From Octopus vulgaris (taxonomy: Eukaryota), in the NCBI GenBank assembly GCA_951406725.2, contig OX597823.1, positions 97,340,001-97,404,000 on the forward strand: a stretch of DNA of 64,000 nt. The letters are read 5' to 3'. Under the pieces are notes generated by a model that saw nothing but the letters and a program-made list of their open reading frames with translations, was not told the DNA's origin and made no database searches. Position numbers and translations under genes: made by a program. Below are positions 1 through 13,735 of this stretch, piece after piece. Within the stretch, counting starts at the first letter, position 1, and every line of letters begins with the position of its first letter.

Positions 1-245
1 CAAGTGCTTTTTGTTTTGTTTTAGTTTTTTTGTCACGTCTAATATATCAACGTTATTTTTGTTGGCAAATTGAAATGATATATGTATACAACAAAATGAG
101 ACACTTCCTGTTTTGCACATAGCCAACCCCAGTGAAGCAGACAAACCAGTAGACAAGGATTTTAAAAATATATAAAATATGACACTTAATATCTTTTATC
201 ATTCAGTTTTTACTTGTTTCAGTCACTGGACTGCAGCCATGTTGA

Positions 246-700
246 AATTTACACTGGGGGTAAAATGGGGTGGGTAATGGTGTGAGGAGGGTTGAAAGTT
301 GCTCAGGGCTAGACAGGTTATGCTGTTTGAATAACAGTGGCTTTTCGTGTTGCTGCAGGGGCTAGAGGCGGTTATCTTTAATTGTGGGTGTAAAAATTTG
401 GGGGATTTTGGAAAGCGGGGTAAAATTTTTCAACTTTTAAAAAGAGTACATTTTTGCCCTATTTTTAGATTTAATTTTTTTCTATTTGCATTATTTGGTT
501 GACATGGGTAAAAATGGCATTGTGTTAAAGGCCAAAATCTTAACTTTCATTTGCATCATGAACCATCAAAATATACCAGAAAAAAGTATCAAATTTCACA
601 AAATTTTAAGTAATTTTGAATTATTTTTGTGATTTTACATGCACACATAAGAGAAAGCATGGGAGAGTCCGAGAGAAAAGAAGAGTAAGCTAGTCTATGT
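246..700 (+). mobile_element. Internal fragment of a Helitron-like non-autonomous element (same family as 3282-4223, opposite orientation)
   Basis: 246-~655 is the near reverse complement of ~3445-3841 (e.g. aaatttacactgggggtaaaatggggtggg vs cccaccccattttacccccagtgtaaattt). Confidence 0.6.
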
Positions 701-857
701 ATAAATATAAAAGTTTCATAATCTAACTTGATACCAGTTGAAGGGTTTTAATCAAAAAATTTTAAAACTGGTATTTATCATACCAATTTCTTTCACTGAG
801 CTTCTAAGTTACAGGGATATAAACAAATCAACACTGGTTGTCAAGGGGTGGCTATGA

Positions 858-1420
858 ATGCAGAGGGAGTGCAAAGACTAGACAGGAATGAAACAAGTGT
901 GCTCCACTGGATGTGTAATATGAGTGTACATGTGCAACAGATCACTAGGGAAAAAGTTAGGCATAAGTTAGGCAAGAAAAGTTAGGCATAAGGGGAATTA
1001 GATGCATTGTGCAAGGGGGAAGACTACACAGGTGTGGTCATGTGATGTGTATGGAAGTTGACAGTTGCATACAGAAGTGCTGATCATTTAAGGTGGAACT
1101 CGTGGATGAGGGAGATATGTGATGAAGTACTGAAGGCCAATGTCAAGACACTGAACCTTACAAAGCAGATGGCAAAGGACCAAGATAACTGGCACTTTGC
1201 TGTACTTAAGAAGACCTGTCCACCACAGAAGAATTGATACCAGGGCTGGTGCCATGTAAAAAAAAAAGCACCCATGCTGGTGCCAAGCAGAAAGTACTCA
1301 TTCTGGTGCCATATTAAAAGCACTGGTGCTAGTACCACATAAAAAGCACCCAGTTCACTCTGTAAAGTTGTTGCTGTGAGGAAGGGCATGCAGTCACAGA
1401 AGCCATGCCAAAACAGATAA
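858..1420 (+). mobile_element. Degraded 3' end of an RTE-clade LINE (ORF2 C-terminus and 3' UTR)
   Basis: Matches the better-preserved copy at 17307-18350 (tggatgtgtaat..., ggtcatgtgatgtgtatgga, ggaagggcat). Confidence 0.7.
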
Positions 1421-1869
1421 TATATATGCATATGTATATATACACACATACACAATTTCTGTCTACCAAATTCACTCACAAAGGTTAGACCAGGTCTATA
1501 GTAGAAGACATTTGCCCAAGGTGATATGCAGAGGAACTGAACTCCAAACCAAAGCTTGTCAACTACACTACCATGTCTGCACTTATGTAATGAATAAATA
1601 AAATTATCTGCTTCTTCTCTTTATCAAAGATACCATCACCATCATCTTTATAATCTTCACAGTGAGCATTATCTGTGGGGTTATTTGATCTGCTAGAAAC
1701 AGCACCCAAATCCCCTTCAAATCACAGGTTACCATCTTACAGAAAAGGAAGGACACATTGGACAATATGTTTCTAGATATATAATAAAACTCAGTGGTTA
1801 TGACTGGAAAGCTTTTAAAAATAGCTCTCCTCAACCAGGGGTGGCCTGGGTTTAAGTAGCAACAACAAG

Positions 1870-2190
1870 TGGAGGCGCAATGGCCCAGTGGTTAGGGCAG
1901 CAGACTCGTGGTCAGAGGATCACGATTTCGATTCTCAGACTGTTTATTGAGCAAAAACACCTAAAGCTCCACGAGGCTCCAGCAGGGGGGGGGGCGACCC
2001 CTGTTGTACTCTTTCGCCCCAACTTTCTCTCACTCTTTCTTCCTGTTTCTTGTCCCCGACTTCCTACTCAACCGCTGTGCCTGGATGTGCACTCAGCCAT
2101 CTGTCGATGCTCTCGGTGTCGGGGGTTGACCTGCTTTCTCTTCTGCGGGTCTTATGAATAGCAAAGGACCACGTTTCGGACTTCTCCCAT
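1870..2190 (+). mobile_element. tRNA-derived SINE
   Basis: A-box tggcccagtggttag, B-box-like atttcgattc. The same head occurs inverted at ~52740-52922. Confidence 0.65.
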
Positions 2191-2219
2191 CTTGCAAGCT
2201 CTGGGACGAAGACCGTTCG

Positions 2220-2945
2220 CTCAACAACAACAGCAACAGCATAGCAACAACAATAACCATGACAAATCATCAATATTATCACCATGATCATCATTATCTC
2301 TGTTGTCACGAACAAAATCATCATCTGCATACCCGCTCATATCATCATCATAATAATCAGCATTATTCTCATCATCATTGTCGTCATTATCACCGTCATC
2401 ATCATCGTCATCATTATCACCATGTTCATCATCATTCGCTCTCCTTTCATGATAATTAGAATCAATGTCATCCTGTTCGTCTTCATTTTTTCAATTCCAT
2501 CATCATCTTCCTCATCATCGTCATTATCATCATCATCGTTGTCATCATCATCATCACCATCATCATCATTATCACCATCATCATTAGCAACAGTAGCAGC
2601 AACAGCTGCTGCTGCTGCTGTATTGTCCTTACATCACATTATCATCCTTGTCATAATATCCTCATCTTTGTTCTCACTGTTGTCAAAGCCATCATTATCA
2701 TCATCATCATCATCACAATAATCCCGATCATTGTCCTAATCATAATCATCGTTTTTATTCTCCTCCTCATCATCATCATCATCATCATCATCACCATCAT
2801 CATCACCATTACTGTTGCCACTGTAGTCGTTCCTCATTACCATCGCTGTCTTCATCATAATTATTGTACTTGCATGATTATTACCCTTGTCGTCGTCATC
2901 GTTTTCATTATAAATATTGTGATCATTATCAGAATTACATCCACT
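2220..2945. repeat. Degenerate (CAT/ATC)n trinucleotide low-complexity tract
   Basis: Continuous catcatcat variants; source of the spurious poly-His/Ile/Ser/Asp ORFs. Confidence 0.9.
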
Positions 2946-3281
2946 ACCATCTATGTACAATAAAAGAACACATCTCCCCAGGCATTTAAGCACACTGCCT
3001 ACTGCGGTCTGTCAGTGTCTGTCAGTAAATTTTCTCTAGCTTAGTCAAGGAAGGCATTTAAGACAAACTGGTTGCTGATTCAGGTGCATGAAACATCACT
3101 AAACTTGTACTGTAAATCTGTTTTTAAGTCTATTATCATGAAAAATCGTGCCAAGAGAATAAAGTACTTAGAAGCTACATGAAATATCACGAAAGCAAAA
3201 ACAACTGGACAAACTACACAACACTTAAAAGCTTACAACTGGTATCAAGTTAGATTATGAAACTTTTATATTTATATATAG

Positions 3282-4223
3282 ACTAGCTTAAGGTGACCCG
3301 CTCTACACGTGGGTGAGGGTGTGCTTGTTACTTTCTGTTTCTTATCGCTACATTCTCCCTCTTTGTTTCTCTCACTTTTCTCTCTCATTTTCCCACTCTC
3401 TTACTCTTCCTTTCTCTCAGACTCTTCCTCACTTTCTCTTATGCTTGCACGTAAAATCACAAAAATAATTCACAATTACTTAAAATTTTGTGAAATTTGA
3501 TACATTTTTCTGGTATATTTGACGGTTCATGATGCAAATGAAAGCTAAAATTTTGGCCTTTAACACAATGCCATTTTTACCCATGTCAATCAAATAATCC
3601 AAACAAATAAAAATTGAATCTAAAAATAGGGCAAAAATGTACTCTTTTTAAAAGTTGAAAAATTTTACTCCACTTTCCAAAATCCCCCAAATTTTTACAC
3701 CCACAATTAAAGATAACCGCCTCTAGCCCCTGCAGCAACACGAAAAGCCACCATTATTCAAACAGCGCAACCTGTCTAGCCCCGAGCGACTTGCAACCCT
3801 CCTTACACCATTGCCCACCCCATTTTACCCCCAGTGTAAATTTTGGTGCCAATCAGATCCCATCTACAGCCCCTTAAACTGTTCCCATCCAATAATGAGA
3901 GAAACAACCAAGAAATCAAACAACTTTTTCGCATTTTAGCTTTATAGATATTGATGATGGAGGGAAGGAAGGAAAGAGAGAGATTGAGGAAGACAGGGTG
4001 ATATCCAAAAGAAACAACAAACACTTGTCAAAGTCTGGGTTTTGTTGCCCTAGTAACCACAGCTTTTGAGATAGGGGTTTCTGACCTAGTCCAGTCACTC
4101 GCCTATTTTTACATGTCCCTGTAAATTTTGGCACCAATCCAACCCCATCTACCACTCCTTAAACTGTTCCCATCCCAAAATGAGACAAACAACTTTTTTG
4201 GATTTCAACTTTATAGATATTGA
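3282..4223 (-). mobile_element. Helitron-like non-autonomous element
   Basis: The minus strand starts TCaatatctataaag (twice, ~4223 and ~3954) and ends in a GC hairpin (acccacgtgtagagcgggt) followed by CTAG. The same 3' end occurs at 38650-38700. Confidence 0.6.
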
Positions 4224-4324
4224 TATAACATAAGGGTTAAATTAAATGTAACAGTATAAGGCACACGATTTCTATAAAAGACCAGCTGAGGAATGTGCAT
4301 AATGGTTCTGATATATGCTGGTGT

Positions 4325-4640
4325 TCTCATTTAGGCAGCTATAACATTCTGCACAGCCTCACACTCAACACGGAGGCCTACATCTCAAAGTGCATGAAGG
4401 AGGTAGTACTAACCTGGGTCAAGAGAGTGGCTACTGGAAGACCCTATGTCTGGCAACAGGATTCTGCACCATGCCAAACAAGTAGGAGAACACAGTCATG
4501 GCTGAAAGACAATTTCTGTGACCACATCACCCCTAACATCTGGCCACCTAACTCCCCAGCCTGCAAACCCCTTGATTATTATGTGTGGAGTGCAGTTGAG
4601 TGAGAGATCAACAAAATTTCTTGTAACACTAAAGATGCAC
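4325..4640 (+). mobile_element. Tc1/mariner-superfamily transposase fragment (C-terminal catalytic region, maT/DD37D-like motif style)
   Basis: ORF 4295-4603 contains WQQDSAPC and WPPNSPACKPLDYYVW. Confidence 0.8.
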
Positions 4641-5714
4641 ATGGAGTATTTTAGATAGACCTGCACCTTACAGGCATGGTGCACATAAAAAAACCATCAA
4701 ATGTGATTTATGTCTACTGGAAAAATATTTTATTTCATTCCAGGATAATAACCCTTTAAATCAAAGACGCGAACTCTTGAATTCCTGCAGACATGCAGCT
4801 AAATTTAAAATGTCAACTAGCAATATACTATATGGATAGTGCATATTTTTTTTATTCTTGGACTAGTTTTTAATCACACTTATGGATTTGTTTCTTATAC
4901 ACGATTTATTTCATATCACAAAGTTATTGTATATATTTCGACTTATTTCTTAAGAAAAACCTTCGACTGTTATATGCAAATATTATTTTCTTCTTTAAGA
5001 TTCTAATTTTATTTTATTTTATTTCATTTTATTGTATTTTATAAACCCATTTTAATCATTTAATTTATAGATAATTCAATATAGGGTGTTCTATTTTGCA
5101 TGTCTTTTATCCGAATTTTATTATTATACACTCAGCAATTTTATTTTTAAAATGTTGTTTGTATATATACATCAGGACCTAGACATGTTTTTATGTGGAT
5201 GTTTGTATTGTTGGCATGCATGTGTATTCGTATGTATACGTCTATTGTATATGTGTAAGTAAGCATGTATGTTTATACTTGTGCACATACATACATAGAT
5301 GTATATGTATGCATGTATTCACTCAGATTTGTGTAGATGTATATTTACGTACATATTTCTATATATTTCTATATGTGATCTTATATGTGTATTTATGTTA
5401 ATATACACTTTTGTATACACATGTATAAGTAATTTTATTTTGTGTACGTTCATTACACATATTCAGCCACCTATCTTTCTTTCTTTCTTTTCTTTTCCTT
5501 ACGGAAAGTATTTTTTCTCTCCTATTCGTTACTTGTATAGAGTCCTTTAACTTTGCGCTCCTCTCCCTCCTCTCACTCACCTCTTTCCCTCGCTATCTGT
5601 TACATCTAAGATCCTTCCTTTTTCTTTTTCTTTCCCCCTCTCGGCGTTTTAAAATTTACTTCTCGTCTATATATATATACCAAGTGATTTTTGCATGTGA
5701 GCATGATTGCGTAC

Positions 5715-5761
<47 letters not shown>

Positions 5762-5954
5762 TATATACTTATAATTTTAAAATAAACATACAAATTTCCG
5801 CACAGAAGACACATAGTCTATACCCTAGGGACGTAGCTTCAACAGTGTTCTTTCTGATGTGAATTTGCTACCCAGGTATCGGTTATCTTTCGAATTATCC
5901 TTAATAAGATAATTCATTCAACTACTCAAGTATATATACATATATATACATATG

Positions 5955-5985
<31 letters not shown>

Positions 5986-6146
5986 TATAAATGAATTTCT
6001 TGTGTTTGACGGCATGAGCTGTCTTTTTTTATATATAACTTTTTTTGATAAAGTTCATTTCAGGAACTGAAACATGTTATAATGTATATATATAAAAATT
6101 AAAAATTGTATAATACAGCAGCATTTTCGAACTTCATTTTTTACAA

Positions 6147-6180
<34 letters not shown>

Positions 6181-6619
6181 GTATGTATGTCTGTATTTGT
6201 GTGTATAGTTACGTCTTACATATATATGTCTGTATATGTATGTAGTCTGTGTACATCCATCTGTGTATTTTGATGTATATATGTATATTGATGGTTTAGT
6301 TTGCGTATATACTGTTGTAAAATATTTATGTAATGCAGCATGAACATTTTAATTTTAATTTCTATTGTATTAATTGTATAATTGAATTATATTTCATATA
6401 TATTTATTTGCAATATGTATTTTGAATCCACTCTTCGATTTAAGGTTTTCCTCAATTATAATAGGATCAACTTATATTGAATTCATATATTTTGTTTATT
6501 TTGTTCATTGCATGCTTAAGAACGTTAATTGAAACGACCAAGGACACAAATCCATTTTTAAAGGTGTATCCTTTAATTAGTTTTGATCATATCATTATTT
6601 CTTTTCTATTTTAACAAAA

Positions 6620-6657
6620 CTGTCCGACGAACGGGAACGTGAAACTCTGAGTAACAG
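6620..6657 (+). ncRNA. Minimal type-I hammerhead-ribozyme-like motif (Penelope-like terminal repeat)
   Basis: ctgt-CCGACGA-acg-ggaa-cgt-GAAAC-tctga-GTA-acag. Stem I ctgt/acag, stem II acg/cgt. The core has U4>C relative to CUGANGA. Confidence 0.6.
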
Positions 6658-6780
6658 CTTTTGTTATATTTCTGCTGCTTTTAAATAAAGCATATTACTC
6701 TACCTCTGGTATTTGAGTACTCTTTTTTTCCCACTTTATTTCACATTTATGTGCTTACTCCGGTATGTATGTATATATAT

Positions 6781-7680
6781 TGTGTCATCTCATAAATAAT
6801 GTTGGTTTTTTGTACTTCTTTAATTTTTGAAACTTAAGACAGAGTTCTTTTTTAATCTAAAATATACTCTCATTTTCTACAATGTTCTTCCATCTACCTA
6901 GTAGACTTGCAAGGCCCCTCTTCCAAAGTTCACATGTCTGTGATGAAAAATACTTCTCCAGTACTGTGCTGACTTGGTCAACAGAATTCATATTTTTTCG
7001 TCCAAATGATTTTGAAGACTGCAGAATAAATGATAATCAGATGGGGCAATGTCCAGCGAATATGGTGGGTGGGGCATAGTTTCCCATTCGAACTGCTCCA
7101 GCCCTTGGAATGTCATCCTTGCTGTATGTTGCTGAGTATTATCCTGATGGAAGAACACCTTTTGTCTTGAAACCAAAGATGGTCGTTTTTCTTCTAATGC
7201 TGGTGTCAATGAATGGTTGAATGACCAAATTCAAGCTTCTCTGTTAGTTCCTCAACAGTTACAATGGGATTTTGTTGCACCAGAGTTTGCAGGACATCCT
7301 CATGAAGCTCTACAAATCTTCCAGGACAAGGCTAATTTTCTAAGCTGTAGTTTCCAATTCAGAATTTCTGAAACCACCGTTGATACTAGCTTACACTTAT
7401 TATCCGATCTCCATAGACTGCATCAATATTCCTCACACTTTCCATTGCTTTATTGCCTTTATTGAACTCATAAAGCAAAATATGCCAAATATTCTCCTTT
7501 GCCACTTCCATTATAGCTTTGAAAAAGTAACTGTTAAAATCGAACTGCACTCTTCAAAACTTGCTCTAAGAATAAGCACAAGGTAAAATTACAACCTGCT
7601 TTTATAGCAAGTTGATGCAGGTAGTTTATCCCATCCCCCTCCAACTTTTAAGTCATGCAGTTGAAAAAAACTGCATGACC
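6781..7680 (-). mobile_element. Internally deleted, degraded mariner element
   Basis: N-terminus MEVAKENIWHILLYEFNKG...YQRWFQKF (from ~7512) is joined directly to the C-terminus FHQDN...HPPYSLDIAPSDYHLF. In-frame stops are present. Confidence 0.85.
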
Positions 7681-7697
7681 CGATATAAATATATACA

Positions 7698-7728
<31 letters not shown>

Positions 7729-7745
7729 ATTTATATATATATACT

Positions 7746-9413
7746 ATGGTGGACTGAGTCTAAAAATATTGGTTGCCAGGAAACTAAGGCAACCCACTCA
7801 CAACCTACAATACTATCATTTAATTTTTATAATAAATAAATAACATTTTCAAGAAAAACTTAAGTGGAAACAAAAAGTTGTAATTCAAATTTTTGTGAAA
7901 AAATGTATGTTTTTCAATCATTGCAATGTATATGTACTGTACATATTATTGGCAGTATACAGTAATACCAATTGTAAATTCAGAATGAATTTTTAGATAA
8001 ATGTTTTGGTGAATATATAGTATACTGTTATTTTGGAAGTGTACTGATATTTTGATAATTTTTAACCAAACTGAAAATAATAACCAATAAATCTATAAAT
8101 CAATTTCATTATTTTTAATGAAGATTCTTTACTGTCAAAGTTTCCTTGTGAAAATCATGGCATTATAGCCAATACATCTTCATACATATACATCATTTGT
8201 TTGTTTGTTTGCTCTTTACAAAAGAGGTTTCTTTCAAACAACTTGTCCATATATTGTTTTTAATTAAACATACATCAGTGCATCTAAAAATAAAGGATAA
8301 ATTTACATGATTTTGATTTCTTCTACTTATAATATTTTACTTCCTTCTATTTTTCTTCTTTCCCTGCTCTTGCCATTACTTTTCTTTTATAAAGCCCTTG
8401 TAACATTTTCAGAATAGCAGTATATTATACATGTACCAATTTTTTAAAGTTTAAGATAATTGGTGGACATATTTAAATAGTTTACTTGTGCTGCACACTT
8501 TACACATTAACAAGTAGTTCAAATGTACAAAACTTCAATTACATGCAATCCACTATATTAAGAGCAAAGTTCACTAGAAGATTGTGCGAATCTGTCAATA
8601 ATTGCCTCTGAAACCAATTCACCCAACAATTCATTTTCAATGAATTGCAACATGTGTGCTTCTAAGTTCTCCTCAGATAGCAGTGGTACCTGCCCTAGAT
8701 ATAGAAACAAAGACTGGAATAGTATACAAAGAACTTCTTAACCTTGTCTTTATGATCTTTAGCTTTGAAAATGTCCTCTTACATTGGACTTGGGTAACTG
8801 ATAGAATACAGATGACTTTATAAAGTTCATAAAGGTTATCATATGCCTTGTCATGAAGCCTGTTGGATGCCAGAATTTTTAGTATACTCAATGGGCAAAT
8901 ACTGCAAATTTTACAGTTGTTGTAACTGGAACCCATATTCTTGCCATCGTTAAGCAACAGTTTTAATAAATCAAAATTTGAAGCAAAAGAAGACAATTCC
9001 AATCTTACTTGATCTTTGCTGATTTGTGGAAACAACTTAATAATACCTTCCAATGCTTCAACATGAAGGCCTTTCTCTGTGATAGTTTTAAACTTATCTG
9101 GTTCCAAGCAGAATAAATCTTTATTCCACTGTTTGTGTTGTACAAATCTTGATCCTAGTGACTTGATAATGTGATCCATTATTAGGTTAAACACATTTAC
9201 CAAAAAAATCAGCTAGAAAATCTGAGGAACTTCCATCATCATTAACAAGCTCATCTGCTATTCTTTTCTTCTTCCTCTGTCCAAAGCATCAATTTCCAAT
9301 GTTTGATTTTCATCCATATTCCAAATCCTTGCTGCGAATTTTATCAAATGTTCTCGTCTGTTCCTTCAACTTTGTTGTAGCTGAATCTACGAAACCCCAT
9401 GCAGTAAACATAT
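7746..9413 (-). mobile_element. hAT-superfamily transposon 3' remnant with the hATC dimerisation region
   Basis: ORF 8673-9203 ends in LSVTQVQCKRTFSKLKIIKTRLRS (hAT S-x-x-ERxFS-xL...K-RLRS motif). AT-rich subterminal region and a TIR-like tggtggactgag at ~7748. Confidence 0.75.
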
Positions 9414-9544
9414 CTAATGATGATGTGGAAGTAACACATGTATGGTACATTGCCAGGATCTAAGTAACAAAAAACTTTGAAATTCAAATCCTGCCCCACC
9501 AACCAAGCTAGGCCTTGTGTGTGTGCCTATATATATATATATAT

Positions 9545-9701
9545 ATACACTCTCGGAGTGGTTGGCATTAGGAAGGGCATCCAGCTGTAGAAACTCTGCC
9601 AGATCAAGATTGGAGCCTGGTGCGACTGTCTGGTTCACCAGCCCTCAGTAAAAATCGTCCAACCCATGCTAGCATGGAAGGCTGACGTTGCATGATGATG
9701 A

Positions 9702-9705
<4 letters not shown>
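9545..9705 (+). mobile_element. RTE-LINE-type 3' tail fragment ending in (gat)n
   Basis: gagtggttggcattaggaagggcatccagctgtagaaac...catgatgatgatg. The same tail occurs at 18190-18350, 29760-29950, 32300-32535, 38335-38630 (-) and 41075-41240 (-). Confidence 0.7.
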
Positions 9706-9741
<36 letters not shown>

Positions 9742-9749
9742 AAAAGAGT

Positions 9750-10477
<728 letters not shown>

Positions 10478-10703
10478 CAATTTATAAATGACTAATAAAA
10501 AAGAATAACCATCTTTGAAAATATGCTGTATACATAAGCACATATATACACTTTTAAATACACTCAGATAAAGGCATACATTCATATATATACCTGCATA
10601 AAAGCATATTTAAACAAGAAAACAAATTTAATTTTAAATATGATTTATTCATCAAGTTTCTAAACCCTCCATTAACAATTTTCTTCTTTTGTTAACTCAT
10701 TAG

Positions 10704-11091
10704 GATCAACCAACAGAAACTGCGAACATGCTCTCAAGTGCCGAACCAATGGAGCAAGATGATAATGCTCTAAACTCGCAGTCTAAGACAAATGTGATGC
10801 AAAAAACGGAAAGTTCACAGATTACAGACATAAACACAGAGTTTCTGTCAAATATGATTGTACCGACAACTCTCAATAAGGATCCATTGATAGGAGAAAC
10901 AATGAATGAGGAAGCTATAAACAAAGAAAGATCTTTCACAAAAGCAACATCATCATTGGAAGAAAACAACATATATATTAATGAGATGTCTATAACAAAA
11001 GAGAATCAAGGTTTACTTTCTACTGAGAACCAAAATCAGTTCACAAACAATTTCAGTTCAGTACAGCCTTCTACAACAAAAGCTGTCGAAA
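10704..11091 (+). CDS. FN3-repeat surface protein, exon A: Ser/Thr/Glu/Asn-rich (mucin-like) N-terminal segment
   Basis: Acceptor cattag|GAT (phase 0), open frame DQPTETANMLSS...TTKAVE, donor A|gtaagt (phase 1) that joins exon B in frame. Confidence 0.7.
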
Positions 11092-11139
11092 GTAAGTAAC
11101 TCTGAGGCTTTAAAATGTGAATGACATGTTTTTTTGCTG

Positions 11140-11465
11140 TATATAGCAATGGCCATTTTGCCAGTTTAGCCAATAAAAACACACACTATATATTTTGTGT
11201 CACTTTGCTTCAGCGTTATTTATTTTTTACATTAATCTTAATACAAAATACAAAATGGCTGACAGTTAGTAAGGAGAGACACACAAATAAGAAAGAAGAA
11301 AGCAAAGGACCACTGATGCGGTCACAGGAGTGGGACGAAAGAACTCTGGCTGAAATAAGATTAAGATTAATGTAAAAAATAAATAACACTGAAGCAAAAT
11401 AACACCAAATATATAGTGCGTGTGTTTTTATTGGCTAAACTGGCAAAATGACCATTCCGAAATAC
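11140..11465. mobile_element. Foldback/MITE-like element with ~100-bp terminal inverted repeats
   Basis: atggccattttgccagtttagccaataaaaacacacactatata...attaatcttaat is inverted at ~11360-11458. Confidence 0.75.
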
Positions 11466-11859
11466 AACAATATATGTTTCAACATACGATTTCACATCAA
11501 AAATCTTGCAAAACAAACATATAAATGACATGTTTTTTATTTTATTTTATTAAGAGCTCTTCAATGAAATTTTTGTATCTTTTGAGTTCTCCATGAAACT
11601 TTATTTATTTATTGTTTTCCATTACCTTTTCTATATTTTCCAATGTATTATGGATATATTAGATTGTTTCCCCTTATGGATCCAGTTAGTGGATATCTTG
11701 TTAATAACAGTTGTTAAGAAGATTCTCTGGTTATCAACCTTCTGGTAGTGAAAGGATGTGATTTCATTTTAATATATCTTTTATCTTGGTATTGCACTAA
11801 TCTGCTTCTCATCACTGGCATTGGTGATGACTATGATCTCATTTGGCTTGATGGGACTT

Positions 11860-12740
11860 CTCAAGCACATATCACTAAAGGTCTCAGTCACTTGTCATTG
11901 CCTCCGCGAGGCCCAACATTCAAAGATCATACTTCATCACCTTGCCCCATGTCTTCCTGGGTCTACCTCTTTTATAGGTTCCCTTCATCATTAGAGTGTG
12001 GCACTTCTTCACATAGCTGTCCTCATCCATACACATCACATGACCATAGCAGTGCAGTCATCTCTCTTGCACACCACATCTGATGCCTCTTATGCCCAAC
12101 TTTTCTCTCAGAACACTTACACTGTTGTGCATGCACAGACATTACACATCCAGCAGAGCATACTAACTTCATTTCTTACAAGCCTATGCATGTCCTTAGC
12201 AGTCACAGCCCATGTTTGACAGCCATGTAGCATGGCTGTTCACACACAGGCATCATACAGTACCTTTCACTCTGAGAGGGAGGCACTTTGTTACCAGTAG
12301 AGGTAGGAGATCTCTGAACTTTGTCTAGACTATTCTTATTCTAGCAGTTATGCTCTTGAAGCATCCATCCTTGCTACTGACTTGGTCACCTAGGATGGTA
12401 TTGACTGCTTCTAGTTTCCATTTAACGGAGTCTGTTTACTGTACATTTTTAGTGTTTATTGTAACTGTGCACCTTCCACACAGAAAAACTATTTTTCCTG
12501 TTAACCTTCCTCTGATATTACTGCAACTGTTATGTGTCCATAGCTTACACTGGATACATTTTATGGAGTTTCTACCTACACTTTTTCCACAGATCAAGCA
12601 GGGTCATCTACCTGAAGAGATTTGTGATTTGTCTGCTCTCCTACTTACTAAAATTTTGTTTTTTGTTAGATTGACTCTTAGGCTCTTTGATTCTACAGCT
12701 TGCTCCCATGTCTGAAATTTCTTCTCTAGTTCTTGTAGTA
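11860..12740 (-). mobile_element. Degraded RTE-clade LINE fragment
   Basis: Reverse complement of the same region as 44780-45590 (acagccatgctacatggc..., gaagtgccacactcta...). Confidence 0.8.
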
Positions 12741-13119
12741 ATTTGTATTAAATAAAAACATTATGCCTACCTGGAGAAGACAATGAGAAACGCCCCAATA
12801 TGTCTATATATCTACCTCTAATAAATAGTCATATGAAGCCTACAATTCTCTATGGATGCAGCTATTTCTAGCCAGTAAAAACTGGCTAGAAATAGCTGCA
12901 AAATACCCTCCAGTCACACCTGCTTTAAAAATGGAAGTACACATATTGAAAAAGATAGGATTGTCATGGCTGGAAAACCTTTGATTGATATTTAGGCTGA
13001 CCTAGAGCCAAACAACAGGAAAATACAAAAGCAATATGATTATAAAACAGTTAAGAATAAATAATTTGTTTCATTTTTTTTTTACTTTTTACCCATTTTT
13101 AAAACTTCTTTCATTGCAG

Positions 13120-13374
13120 GAAGACCATTTGCACTGCATGTAACTAATGCAACTGAAACAAGTATAAGTGTGTCGTGGAATGCAACAGAAAATATTAAAC
13201 AATTTATGGTCAGCATAGATTCCCGTAACCAGAAGTATAAGGATTTTATAGTCAACACTACCAGTACAACGATTACAAACCTCACATGTAGTGGGTGCCG
13301 TTATGATATAGCAGTAAAAAGTCTCTATGGCAATAATAAATCCAGTCAACCAATAAGTACAACTAATTATACTG
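13120..13374 (+). CDS. FN3-repeat protein exon B (FN3 domain 1)
   Basis: ttgcag|GA, phase 1-1, 255 nt: RPFALHVTNATETSISVSWN...TITNLTCSGCRYDIAVKSLYG...NYT, donor G|gtaagt. Confidence 0.9.
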
Positions 13375-13589
13375 GTAAGTACTTAATTATTGTTACTGTT
13401 TATGTTGTTGATGTATTTTGATGGGGCATGATGGCTGTGATGTTAAGGTGTTGGACTAATGATCTGTAGGATCATGAATCCAAACCTTACTACTGCCATC
13501 ATGTTATGCATAGCAATTGCCTTAGTGTGCCTGACTGACATTAAATCAATGTTTAATACTTGGCAGGTTGCTCAACTGTAAGACTAGTA

Positions 13590-13735
13590 TTCCTACATTA
13601 TTTACATTATTTACATTTGACGGATATTTGTCCTCATCTTGTTTGTTGTGAACACAACGTTTCAGCTGATATACCCTCTGGCCTTCTTCAGGTGTCTTGG
13701 TGAAATTTCGAACCTGGGTTCTCATTCCTAAGGTT
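13590..13735 (-). mobile_element. Solo Penelope-like terminal repeat with a hammerhead-like motif (13651-13696)
   Basis: Minus strand: gacac-CTGAAGA-aggc...cagct-GAAAC-GTT-gtgtt. Same family as the arms of 16593-17211. Confidence 0.6.

Noticed and set aside
1870-1945. tRNA gene candidates at SINE heads (also ~16888-16945, ~21145-21215, ~52850-52922)
   Set aside because: The cloverleaf is incomplete or degenerate and continues into repeat bodies, so these are treated as SINE-derived.
2154-2993. Poly-His/Ser/Asp ORFs
   Set aside because: These are translations of a (CAT)n tract with no splice or domain support.
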